A DNA stretch of 56,309 nt, filler included, from Diploschistes diacapsis (Eukaryota): NCBI GenBank assembly GCA_023645945.1. It is 4 parts of 4 records of this genome, joined end to end, with 100 filler letters (N's around TTAATTAATTAA, not from the genome) between each part and the next. Parts side by side here need not be neighbours in the genome. Positions count along the whole stretch, not along the records: positions 14,126 to 28,145 come from JALAIB010000620.1; positions 28,246 to 42,228 come from JALAIB010000622.1; 2 more parts are not named here. One strand, 5' to 3'. The notes under the pieces were generated by a model that searched no databases, was not told where the DNA came from, and saw only the letters and a program-made list of their open reading frames with translations. Shown here piece by piece: positions 27,542 to 39,758 of this stretch. Each line of letters opens with the position of its first letter. The stretch's first letter is position 1. A program made the translations under genes and the position numbers.

Positions 27542-28145
27542 TCAATATATCTTCTCCGCCTCCCCTACCAAGTCTTCCACCCGAAACCCCTCATCCCCCT
27601 CGCTGAACATCCGCAACAACCTCCTCCTCTCCTCCCTCTCCTCCATCCCATAAAACTTCTGCAAGCACATCAGCAACCAGCGCCCCTCCTCCACGCTCAC
27701 CCCTCTATTCGGCAGCACCTGCCCCTGCAGCAGCACCAGCCCCTTCTCCTCCGCCAGCTCTAGGTGGTGCGTCACCGTCGTGTGCGGCTGCGCGTACTCG
27801 CCCCGCAGCTTGAACTCGGCCAGGTGCGTGAACAGCACCGTCACCACGTCCGGCGCTGGGAATGTCCATTGGAGGAAGTGTATCTCCGCCGCGGTTTTGG
27901 TGGGTGGTGCCGCATCGGGGAATGGTGGGTACGAGGGGGAAGAAGAGGAGTCGGGGACGGACCGGGCGAGGGGGAGAATGAATTGTGGGTGTCGCTTGGC
28001 GGTCGCTTCGATGGTGCGGTAGACGGAGAGTGGGACGCTGGCGCAGAGGGAGTTGGGGTCGGAGGCGTGGCGGAGGCGCCAGAGGGAGGCGATTTCTTTG
28101 GGGGGGAGAGAGCGGATTTTGGAGAGGGAGAGGTAGGAGGAGAGG
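27542..28145 (-). CDS. ATP11: Mitochondrial F1-ATPase assembly factor, 3' part (5' lost in gap)
   Basis: LSSYLSLSKIRSLPPKEIASLWRLRHA...HFLQWTF...VLFTHLAEFKLRGEYAQPHTTVTHHLELAEEKGLVLLQG...LQKFY. Confidence 0.9.
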
Positions 28146-28245
28146 NNNNNNNNNNNNNNNNNNNNNNNNNNNNNNNNNNNNNNNNNNNNTTAATTAATTA
28201 ANNNNNNNNNNNNNNNNNNNNNNNNNNNNNNNNNNNNNNNNNNNN
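28146..28245. other. Artificial contig spacer
   Basis: Same linker. Confidence 0.98.
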
Positions 28246-28696
28246 ATCTTTATTCCGAGTTCTTTATTTATCATATTTTCGAAGAGTTTTAACACGTAAG
28301 TTAAATTATCGTTAAAAAATCGATTAATCTAATTTATTTCGATTTTTAATACGGAATTGTTTATACGATCGCGAAGAATAATATTCGTATTTATAACAAT
28401 AATATCTTTTCGTATAAGGAATCTTCGTTTATTTATTTAAAAAAATCTATCGTATAAACGATTCTTCTTTTATAATTATAAATTTTTGTTATAAAACGCC
28501 GTATTCTTTTCTAATTTTTCTATTATATCGACGACGATAGAGTATTATTAAAGGAATTCCGTATCGTTTACTAGCTTGTACGGATTTACATTCTTTAAAT
28601 TATAAAAGATATAATGCAAAAACGATTCGGCCTGTTTAAGTATTTATAATAAGAGAATGTTATCGTACGAAAGATGAAAATATTAAGAAATACATT
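28246..28696. repeat. AT-rich RIP-like repeat relic
   Basis: Very AT-rich, residual C largely in CpG, contig end. Confidence 0.7.
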
Positions 28697-29183
28697 TTAC
28701 GAAGGTGCAGGGATTGTGTTCCGCTTCGTGGGGTGTTCCGTTTCCTGGGGAAAGACGTTACTATTACTACTACTCGTAGTAGGCGCACAACTCATGACAT
28801 GGTGGGGGTGGGGGAGTGGAATTCCCTGATTATACCTTGTGTGTGTGTGTGTATGTGTGCCTTGGGGATTATGAGCAAAACCGACTGATCGGGCGTACGG
28901 TCCGTAACACGAGTCCACAGAAATGATGATGTATTCCGAATATTCTCATGGCGGTGATTCTGTATGAGAGGCGGCTGCTGCTGAGCAGATACGAACTTTT
29001 CTGATACCAATCATAACCGGAATGCCCCCGGGCCAGCGCAGCCCTTGGTTTACAGGCATTCGTCCCCCCTTCTATTACATTCCCAAATACAAGAGAGATG
29101 TGAGTGTAAAACCAAAACGTAACCGAAAAAATTCATAAGCACATCGGCACCCAGGAAGACCATCGTCACCCACACACCGCCGT

Positions 29184-30430
29184 TCAACGCAACAACGCAA
29201 AATACTCGCGAGCATTATTAATGCCAGCAATACTTGCGGCACCGTCTCTCTCGCCCGCTGCAGACCTCATGCTTGTTGAAAATGTCGCCTCACATTCACC
29301 GCGCCACCGAGCGTTAGCGCCACCGGCGCTGGTCACACATGCCTGCGTTGCCATCCCCGCAGCCAAGGAAAGATTTGAGGTCGTGGCCGCGCTCAAAACG
29401 GTGGACACGAAGCTGTTCTGGCCGTTGGCATCAGCGCCGATCTTAATGACCTTTGGACCCTGTCGAATTGAAGACGGTGGAGCCTATGCCGAACGTCTGC
29501 ACGTCTAGGTCATACACGACGTGCGCGAGACATAAGGAAGTGTCGCGCAATAGGCTCTGGCCTGTGGTGGGGGCGTTGGCAAGGTGGAAGCCCGAAGCGG
29601 CCGGCGGGCGTGCCGTCGGCGAAGCTGAGCTTCTGCATCTGAGGGTTTGTGGCGGGACTGACGAGCCCAGAGAAGGAGACGGAGATGAGAGGTCCATTGA
29701 AGTCGCCGAAGCGAAGGTCGGTGGTGCTGGAGGCGTTTGCGACACCACATTGGGCGAGGGCGCCCTGGGTGGTGTTTGGATGGCGCCGAAATATGGGGGT
29801 ACTGGTAGGGAAGAGGTCGTTCGGTAAGACCTTGAGGGTGATGTAAGTTGTCGAGTGTCACGCGCGTGGTGTTGGTAGAGTCGGTGCTGGAGAGTCATAT
29901 CTAAACGACGTTAAGAGCGTTGACTTTGCCGGTCGTGCAGTCGCTCTACATCTTCAAGAGGGTGAGTTCGCCTCCAATTTTGCCCGTGTCATAAACGCCA
30001 AAGAGGTTGTTGCCTCTACATGTTCCTACCGGCAGATTCTAGTCTGCGATTTGTCATTCCGAGACCGAGAAAGCTTTGAGGAAGAAGATTAGTATAGGAA
30101 GGTCGTTCATCCAAAGACTGCACGGCGACTGTTTATTGAATCGTTACTGGCCATGCTATCGTTGATGTTGAAATGAGACTGTCCAGTGCGACCAGCCACA
30201 TCAGTCACGCCAGAATCAAGAGTGTCGAAGTAAATCTCTATTGTACCCTCAGCTTCGTCGAGGACTTTTCGGTATAATACCTACTTGCATGTTGCTGATC
30301 GTAATGCCTCCATTGATAAAGACATGGCATACAAAACCTCCAGTTACTCTGGATCCACTACCTAGAGTTTTTGGAACGCTCCTTGCTGAAGGGTAGAGAA
30401 AGATCTTGACTCGGACTGACCAACTATGTT
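29184..30430 (-). pseudogene. Probable degenerate gene of unknown family
   Basis: Protein-like pieces (GNNLFGVYDTGKIGGELTLL; FNSTGSK / VIKIGADANGQNSFVSTVLSAA...CVTSAGG) joined only via frameshifts and stops; 5' boundary approximate. Confidence 0.3.
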
Positions 30431-32280
30431 GACATCAATGCACTTCGAGTAGCGATTTTCCGACAAAGTGTATTAAAGTAGTTAACGTAGGTGAATATTA
30501 GACATAAGTGAGAATAACCAATAGTTATAAGTAACACCAGCTGGACGATTGTTGGGACCTATAAACAGATACCACTTGCTGCGGGAATCAAAGTTGAGCT
30601 GCACAGTCTGAGGCAGTGTTCCCAATGGAGGCGTTCACGACCCGTAACAAACTAGCCCGCTCACAACGGGAGCGGAAAGCGAGTCTCTTTTCTATAGGGC
30701 CTTATTTTCGAAAAAACGGTTATAAGAAAAAGAAAAAAAGAACGCTGGCGGTGGTGAAAAAAGAGGTATTTAGAGATGTAAAATAATCTCATACTAAACT
30801 AATGTACTTGGTTTGATACTGTAGCACCTTCTTAGCCATCGATTAAAGCAACCACATCTGCGTATTTCGACGATGCATAGCCAGAAGCCATCGGCCTGGA
30901 AGGTTATCCACAGCATCGTAGTTGAAAACGACCCAAAGTCTTTAGAATTCGTGAGTTCTCGACGGAGTTCTCGAGAAGATGGCGTTATGTGCGCATGTGA
31001 CGAAGCATGCCGCGCTCCTTCAAGAAGAAACCTTCTCTTCCTTTCCCTAAGGACCTGCCGCCGGCTACTTCGCCAATCCTTCACCTTCCAGACCATCCGC
31101 CAGCTCTCCCACCATCTCCTCTTCCATTATGGAGGCCCAAGAGAGTCTCGAGGCTGGGTGACCCTCGCTGCCAAGGATGACAGGGTGGCGGGTATGTTAC
31201 TGATGCTTGGGTAACGCCGTGACAGACCCGCTAGTCGAGGTGATGGTCGTTGACTCCGTCGTATATATCAATGGCGCTGGAAAGAATCTTTGGCTAGTCC
31301 CATTAGCTTCTATAGAATCGACAGCGCAGACGGCGGGCAGGGGATCTTGCGTCGAGTATTGAAGGCAAATGAGTTCCTATAATATGAGACCTCGGACGCC
31401 CTCATGTCTGATCAACCAACACTGAGATTCTGTAACCTAGTCCTTATTCTACTGACGCTGTCATCCGATCCCTGAAGCATTCTTTCGCCCGTAGCACGGG
31501 CTTCGGTCCTCGAAACAGCAATCGTAGCTCGGCTAAAGCCAAGGTATCTCCATCTTCGGAGGACCTCAGTAATGACAGCGGAGCTCAGTAATGACAGCAA
31601 GGTCCCCCCCAAATCCTCGTCTTCACCCATTGGGCAGAAGCAGCATGCGCACTAGTTGCTCATGCTGTGGTTTAACTCTACTGATACCCATCATCTGCCC
31701 ATCCAAATATCGTACTTAATCCGTACATCTTGGACGGGTTCAACATCATCCTTGGAGGGTTTTGTTTCTAGCATGGTAATCTAGCGCGGTACGGTTATCC
31801 TTCTCGGCACCCTGTGAACCCCTTGCTTTGTGATGAGCAATATTAGACTCGCCTTTGCATGTGGACCAAAAAAGCTTGCAAATTTATTAGCTGATGGTAA
31901 AGGACTCTTCGGGTTTTATGACAATTGCGGGAAAGACAGAAAAGGAGGAATCAGATTCACGATTCACTCTCTGCACATCGTGTCGAGTCATGCAACCTCT
32001 GAAGATGAGGGGGAAGTGAGGGAAGGGTCATCAGGATAATGAAGAGTTTCAGATTGCAAGATAGATTATATCAGATATGCTCAATGCCCTTCCATGGTCG
32101 CCCGTCCGCACTTGGGGACGCAGGAAAGATGTGTATAAATAAAATTCTCCGAATCGATTCCCAACCGGCGCAATACTGATCAACATAAAGCCCATGTTTC
32201 AATTACTAAACGGGCTTATCAGCCTCTTCTTTGTAGCCACGGGCAACGCTTCCAGCCACCTTACCGGCTTCGTCGCCAGC

Positions 32281-32919
32281 TCAATTGAAACCAAAGACAG
32301 GCTCGGCATCGCGGCGGTAAAGCGCAGCGAGATAGGCTTCTGCCTCAGCAATGTCTCGCTTGCGCTGCGCAGCTGCACCACCTAGTTGACCTGCACCACC
32401 TGGTTGAACTGGACCACCTGCTGGACCTGCACCACCTGGTTGAACTGGACCACCTAGTTGACCTGCACCACCTGGTTGAACTGGACCACCTGCTAGACCT
32501 GCACCACCTGGTTGACCTGCACCACCTGCTGGACCTGCAGCGTAGGCATAACGGGCAGCGAGATAGGCGTCTGCCTCAGCAATGTCTCGCTTGCGCCGCG
32601 CTGCTGCTCCAGCACCTCCATCTCCAGCACCTCCTTGATCTCCAGCACCTCCTTGACCTTTGTTCGCCTTCTTCTTGTAACCTGCCGTCAACCTGCCTCC
32701 GACCCCACCGAATTTCTCCGCAGCCCAACCGACAATGCCAGGCTCGGCATCGCGGCCGTAGAGGGCAGCGAGCTCGTCGATGTCACGCTCGTATAAGTCG
32801 TCATAGTCAGGTTCTGCGTCGGCTTCACGGACGTAGAGAGAGTCGGTCTCGTACCATTGTGCTGCAGCGGAGGCGGCGAGGGTGAGGACAGAGAGGGTGG
32901 CGGGAATTGAATAACGCAT
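32281..32919 (-). CDS. Secreted Kex2-processed repeat protein (KEP-like multi-peptide precursor); homologous frame continues past TGA to 32206
   Basis: Signal peptide MRYSIPATLSVLTLAASAAA; repeated LY.R|DAEP and RKR|DIAEA spacers; Gly-rich tandem repeats. Confidence 0.8.
   Translation of the reverse strand: MRYSIPATLSVLTLAASAAAQWYETDSLYVREADAEPDYDDLYERDIDELAALYGRDAEPGIVGWAAEKFGGVGGRLTAGYKKKANKGQGGAGDQGGAGDGGAGAAARRKRDIAEADAYLAARYAYAAGPAGGAGQPGGAGLAGGPVQPGGAGQLGGPVQPGGAGPAGGPVQPGGAGQLGGAAAQRKRDIAEAEAYLAALYRRDAEPVFGFN
32375..32540 (-). repeat. Coding tandem repeat (GGPVQPGGAG units)
   Basis: Repeated CCTGCACCACCTGGTTGAACTGGACCACCT on the + strand. Confidence 0.9.
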
Positions 32920-34234
32920 ATTGGAAATGTGAAATGAAATAAAGTATATCAACTAATAATAACAGATATGGAGCTTCAGTGAAACAGGCAACAACGTCCA
33001 GACGTCGAGGTTGAAGAAGTTACCAGAAGTAAAGTGGGATTGCTTGTTCTTGAATAGTATGGGATGGTAGGAGACGAGAGGAGAAAGGCCCGTCGAAAGC
33101 TTCTTATATCTGCTTTGCTTATGGTAAATCATTCTTCTCCAACAAAGCTACCAGGGTTAGGAAAGGGGCTGGTGTCGTAGGACTTTGTTATCGTCCTTTG
33201 GAGAGAGAACATGGGTAGGTAGCAAGCCGCCTGAAACTACCTGAGGCTCTCTGCCCCCATAGGACTCCAAGCCCCATCCCAGATTCGGTTTCGCAGGTTC
33301 CTTTGCCGGTTGCAGGAGGACCAAGGCGATTCGCCGATGAGAATCTGGGAGGCCAGGCTCCGCCACAGTTGGGCTTCCTCGGCCTACGAAGAGCTTGTGA
33401 AAGGATGCTCGTAATCAGTATTCTTAATGATACTAACACGAGAGAAAAAGCACAAGGATCCATAGACGGTGAACCTACGCTGTTATGGGCAAGTACTAAG
33501 TACACAGTAGTATAGAGGTACAACTTGCTGACGATTTTTGAGTTAGAACACCGCTCGCTAACCCGAATGGAGCTTAGCGGAAAGGTTAGACCGAAAGGGG
33601 CTTAGGCTTTGGCGCCGGCGACGCCTGGCGCAAGCTATGGGGTCTTGGATCCTGAGGCAATAGTACAACTCACTAGTAAATGGAAGATTTGCCAGGGCTT
33701 ACCTCATTGCAGTTGGACACGGCTGAAACATGTAAAGATGTCCCATCACGAAGGCCTATTGTTTGTGTGCGAGCAGCGCAGCTTCGAGACCACATGTACA
33801 ACGAGCAGACCCGGAGTAAATACTGGGTTCTAGCTTGGCAGCCACGTGACTCCGTCGCTAAAGCCGTTTGAAGTAGAGCAAATTCTGACCCAGAGTATGA
33901 CCCCAACACTGACAAGGAGTGGCCGATGACCGGGGGATGTGTGATTACTGTCAAAGGACAGCGGATTACGGGCATTTTGCTACAGGCTGACAGCAGATAA
34001 TCAACGTTGGGAAGGGGCAGCAAGCCGCAGACTGCCCAGGTCGGGCAGGACTCGCATTCTATCCATTCATCATGCTATTACCCCTTAAACCTTCCACGGC
34101 TTTCGAGTGCCTCAAGAAGCCACCAACGTACAACCAACTATCTCACCATCTCGTTTGTGCTCCCCATTTCCGCATTACTAATCTTCTCACATACCTCCTT
34201 TCTTATGAACTTTGCGCCTCTGCCTCCGGACAGA

Positions 34235-37200
34235 CTAATTCCTCTTCACCTCTCTGTATACCTCCACCGAAGCCTTCGCTAACTCGATAAGGTCCCAGAG
34301 CACCAACGAGAAGTAGTTCGAAACCTTCCTCGCTATGTAGTTGTCAGCGACGAGAAGCAGCAAAATGGTGAAGGACAATGAGGCGCTGAAGGTGACTCTC
34401 AAAGCATAGGCCAGGCTGGGACCCATAGGCATAGAGGACCAATCGACAACGTTCTAGTAAGAGATGTTGCGAACTACCATGGCGTCAGTAATGTACTTTG
34501 ACTGATTAGGAATGCCCCACGGCCCTGGTGGCCATTGGACGTTTGTTGAAGCACTTAGAAGTTAGTACTTGAGCTCCATGTGGTAGCACTCCGAAGTGTG
34601 GGAGCCAACGGGGGTTGAATGAGGCTAAAGCTACCGTGTCAAAGATATCTGCGAAGAACAACAGGGGCGAAACAAAATGGTGACGATGGTGAAGATATTG
34701 ACAATTCGAGCCTATTCACTCGCCGTTCGCGCTTCCAGGACGCCAGAATGTGCCTCCTTCAGATTCAGGAGCTTATCATAGCTCTCATGAGCATTCGTAG
34801 AGTTTGTGAGAAGCGTCTCCAACTGGCCCAGGTAAACGTTAAGGCGACCGTGAGCTGCTTTCAACACGTCTGTTCCTATTCTGCCTCGTTGTTGCCCGTT
34901 AACATTCTCGCTGCTAGCTCAGAAGTGATTTGAGAATCTTCAGCTCATCGGATGTCGCGAAACTCCAAGAGATTGTTGAGGCCATACCATTGTCGAGCTG
35001 TGCCCTCTCCGCTCCTGAGCCTTTCGAAACTCCTTGTAAGAGCCAGTTTGCTCCTCAACCTTATCGCTTAGGAAACCCACGAATATTCGAAAGACTTTCA
35101 AGTTTGAGCCAACAGAACCCTTCAACAAGGCTTCGATGCAGTGGTAAACGACCAAAGCGGTTGATCAAAGCAGTCATTCCTCTGCGCCATCTTCTCCACC
35201 TTCAAAGACCACCACAATACAGCAATGATAGGGTCAGCCTAGAAGGATTGGAACTTCTCTGGGTTCTCTTCCGCCATTCTTCGTGGAGCAAACGACAAAG
35301 TCGTGTCATGAGCAAGAATCCACAGCCAGAGCGTATCTACTATAAGAACAGCTAGAGATAGTGGTTGCTCCTCTGGCTTCGGTCCTCGTGATCAGCGACT
35401 TAAACTCAATCTTGGTTTAATGGCCGACTTTTGCTGCATACTCTCTGTGTATTTGTGAAGGACCTGGTCGAAATATCTTTCGTCGGTGTTGCGCAACGTG
35501 GGATACCCATGTTGATCTAGTGACCGTTTACAATGCATGGGACATCAGACTTTGCTCGAGTACAGATTAGCTTCGCGACAATATTCGATGTGGTCTAAGA
35601 CTTAAGATAGTATCGCTCGCTATACAAACGCGCGGACCGGGATGACATGCTATTGAGAACAGGCCGCAATAAAAAGCAAGATAACATGGAACACCACCAA
35701 AGTGTTGTCAAAGAACGTTAAAACAGCGAGAAGAGGCTTAGGATACGCAAGAGATGCTTCTGTACAAAGCTTCGATAGGTATCGACTCACCGTTAAATAA
35801 TGCCAGATAACGCGATACTCGATGCTACTCGAACCTAAGATACTCTCCTTCACTGGACGCACTCACCGTGATACGCTACCCTGGCTCTGTACAGCTTTGG
35901 AGTGATACCTCCCGGTTTTTACTCGGCTTTTCATGGCCTCGAGCGTACCGCAATGCCTGGAAAAGTGAGAGGCATATTCCTAGCATTCGACAACGACCTT
36001 ATAGGTAAGGGAGGTAGAGCGCAAATTGGACCTGTTCGTTTGCGCTCCATGGTGCCAACATTTCGTCGGTGGAGTGCAGATGCGTTGGAAGGAGCACTTG
36101 AGCGTGCGGAAGTACAAAATGGCCAGAAAAAGAGTCGTGTGCCGGGTTATTGTAGTGTTCGAGCCACACTGGGTCACCGAGAAACTTGCTGTATAGTTTA
36201 GTACTACCTTTTCTAGACGATAATCTCTCCATGATAGGGGGAATCCAGTTCGGAGCACAATGAGGAACGTGAAACCAATCGAAGCGCTCTGGAACCCGGT
36301 ACACTGGCTTCTGCGCTGCTGCGTCTTCAAGCTGACCGGGTTGACATCTCGTTCGACTGAGCATGCTCTGCTGCTCCGTGTCGGGGACACCGACGTGGCC
36401 GCCCTCAAGATGTTCCAATGATTGCAGCCAGGCCGGAACAGTCATTGTAGAAGACAGAAGAGGCGATTCCATTTCCTCTGCAGAAGCTTGCCTCATGGAT
36501 ACTGACATCTTTTTAGGCATGGAAGAAGGTCTGGGACTTCCGGAGGCGCCATTCACGCGGTGCAGACGGTTTTAGTCTGTGAATCTTTAGCTGTTCTGTC
36601 CCTGCTGAGTGCTAAAAAGCTTAAGCTGGATAGGAATTCTTGCCTTTGCGAGTATCTCCAATTCAAGGAGCATTCTAATCGTCTTAGTTTGACCTCAGGA
36701 ATTCCATTTTCTTTGAACCTGACATCTACTAGAGATTCTGCTATCACTACGCGACTTGAAGCATTGATCGGGCCCGACACTGGGGCTTCACCATGGACTC
36801 TATCGGGCTCAAGAAGGGCTTCCAGGCTGATTTCGATATATCTAACTTGGTTTTTCTTTGAAAAGCTCCATGCTCTATCGCATGCTGCTCCTCATTGATC
36901 TTTTTGAAGATCTCCTCCAGCAACGTGCGATACTGGCGTATTGAAAAATGCCGTCTGGTTTTAGTAGTTCCTGAACCTTTTTTAATGAAATCTTCGACAG
37001 TTTTTCCAGGGCCAGCAAGCCTTGCAACACCCATGTGGTCATTCTCGAGCCCTTCCTATTGTTCTTCGCCGACCAGAACGTGGTTCTCGTGGTTCCTGAT
37101 CTCTCTTAGCTGACGCTGTCGACTATAAACATCAAGACTTTGGCCGATGACTCAAATGCTACCGCGAATCTCATGTGCGTCTGCAATATAAAGAGACCTA

Positions 37201-37850
37201 CAGCTTATCTTTGCTCCAATCAGTCGTTTCGTGCTCGCCATATGTCCATAACAGTATACCAATGCAATGGTAGCTAAAGCTCAGATTAAGAGTTTCAGGA
37301 TGGTCCCAGAAGGGCTTTATTTGGGCCATGAAACAGTCTCCAATTACATCTTCCAATCTTAGTGCTTCCCGGTTGGCTGGCAGGGCCTTAGTATCCGATA
37401 GCGGCAGGGATCCATGATGACGCGTAGCAAGGACGTCAAAAGGATACAGCGAGACTTGATTGCTCGCGATATAGGTAGCCTTGAGCGACAGAAAGGCTTC
37501 TTTGAGCACGATGCCGCCAGTGCTGTGGCAGATGAGTATCAACCGGTACTGCGATAATTTGAATCATCTTCACCCAGCTTGAGCGTTTATCGAGCCACAA
37601 GAGCTTCGAACTTACAGTGCTAATAAACTTTTCTTTCTCCGTCTCTAGAACCTTTTAGAATCTGGAAGCCCTGTCCTCGGCTTTGAAGTCTTACGACGCC
37701 CCCAGAGAAATCCTTAGCATCCCTGTCCCTTTCTTTCTGATGTGTTCGGAGCGCCAACCAGCAGATGTCGCGACCTGGGTCAGATGGTCGTGCCGTAGGA
37801 GCACCATGTTGCGAATGACTCCATGCAATTTGAGCATTGATCGTCGCCAT
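34235..37850 (-). pseudogene. Large decayed gene: N-terminal alpha/beta-hydrolase-like region plus C-terminal CorA-like two-TM domain
   Basis: ICHSTGGIVLKEA; FDWFHVP and LYLPYL; LLNLKEAHSGVLEARTASE*ARIVNIFTIVTILF; second TM SLSFTILLLLVADN. Many stops and frameshifts; ends approximate. Confidence 0.65.
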
Positions 37851-38512
37851 ATCCCCATGTCGACGATAGATTAGCTCCCACAGTGGGAACTGCCACAACA
37901 CTAGAATATCATCGGCCCAGAACTGGCCCTCGTAGGAATGGGAACGCGTACTATGTACATTCGGCCTTGTCCAGAGATTGCTGTGTAAGAGGACTGGGGT
38001 GATGTAGTGGAAGAGGCTGGGAGGAAAGATGGAATACTGCACGAGCGCAAACAGGTAGGGTGCAGGGGTAGTTACCTCAAAGTAGGGGAAAAACTGAACG
38101 GAACAGCTTTGGAAAGACTTGACAATAAGATATGAATCACAGGCTCCATACTTTAACCAGCATGCACAACAAAGGCTTATCGTTGCACTAGGTACTTCAC
38201 CATGTAACGTTAAGTATAAAAAGATCATGACGATAATCAACCACATACAAAATTGTTGCATAAATTTTATGATTTGTACAGGCCGCGCATGTCCCACAAC
38301 CTTCCATTTTTGACACAGCCTGACAGAGACAATGAGCTATCGTTCTTTAAGCCCTTTTAATGACCTACAACCCTACCAAGATCGTCTGAGCTACTGTTGT
38401 TGAGGCCACCGCAACACGCCACGAGGCAGGGACTACAATTGGGCTATTCGTCTGGTTGATACCAGCAACAGGCAAGCTAGAGTACCTTGCCCTTGGAAAC
38501 CAGCTGGTTCCC

Positions 38513-39758
38513 ATGTCGCAATCGAGTCCGAGCCACAATCGTCGGATTGAATTCGGCGATGGCTCATATGCCTATAAAAACGCGGACGGATCCTCATACT
38601 ATAATGATGGCAATGGCTACACGCAGTATTCGCATCCGGATCCGAGTCAGTGTTGGGAGCAGCAACCCGGTCAACCTAAATTTTATGGTCTTCCCCAGAA
38701 CATGAAGGACGAGGAAGATGAACACGATGGAGACGGCTATGATAGTGAGGGACTATACATGTATGATCCCATGGACATCGATTCGGAGTACTGGTAAGCT
38801 TGCCGTCTGGTGTCATGAGACCAAGCTCCTAACATGCTTTTTCCTCCTCCCCAGCTATCCCAAGTATGAGCAAAATTCTACTAACCAACAATGGGCACAA
38901 AAATTTGAACAAGACTGCTCCTCCCCAATGCCACCGCAATATGCCAGGCACAGCGGCCCTCCACGCGGTAGCCCTGACACACTGCGGCAGACGCCCCGAC
39001 GAAGGAGGGGGACGCAAGAGCCCCGTCAAGCAAACACACAAGGAAGTGCTCCTAAACGGCCTCTGCAGACTGCAAGAAGAGGAGGGTTGAGCGAACAAGG
39101 TGGAACAAGAGGACGCACTCAAGGCAGCAGCGCCCAGCCTGCTACAACGAGTGGAAAATCTAAGAAAAAGGCGAGCGATGTGGGGGGACCTACTTTGATA
39201 CCCGGGCCGGACGTTGCTGCTAGTCCACAAGACTCTAAGAAAGCCGCCGCGAAAGCAGATTTTAGCATCAAAAAGCCAAAGAAGAAGACATGTTCCAATT
39301 GCCAAGTCCCAGGTCACGACTCTCGAAACTGCCCGCTGAATAAGTACGGTCTTGGCATAAATCAAGAAAAGATCAAGGAAGAGTTGAGGAAACAAGAAGA
39401 GCTAAAGAAACAGGAAGAATCTAGGAAACAAGAGCTTAAGCGGAAGGAAATCGAACAGGAGCAAGCCTCCAAGGCTAAAGCACAAGCGGCGAAAGACGCT
39501 TCGATCAAGAAGGCGGCAAAGAAGAAATGCTCACAATGCAGCGTCTCTGGCCACGATGCGCGCAACTGCCCTCTGAACCAGTACGGGCTAGGGAAAAAAG
39601 CAAAGGATTTATCCCACGAATACCACCAGGAAACCACTACTACAACCACAACGACTACGAAAACATCGGCGTCGTCGAAATCAACACGAGGCAAGGTGAT
39701 GAGTGGCAGAGTCGAAAGGACTGCGGTGAAGAAAAAACCCACCACCAAGAAGAAGTGA
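38513..39758 (+). CDS. Hypothetical protein: Y/N/G-rich N-terminal module plus two CCHC zinc knuckles; exons 38513-38793, 38855-39758
   Basis: Intron GTAAGC..CTAAC..CAG 38794-38854 fuses two ORFs in frame; knuckles CSNCQVPGHDSRNC and CSQCSVSGHDARNC. Confidence 0.75.

Noticed and set aside
31923..31934. AATTGCGGGAAA resembling a group I intron P element
   Set aside because: No Q, R or S elements at suitable spacing and no rDNA context.
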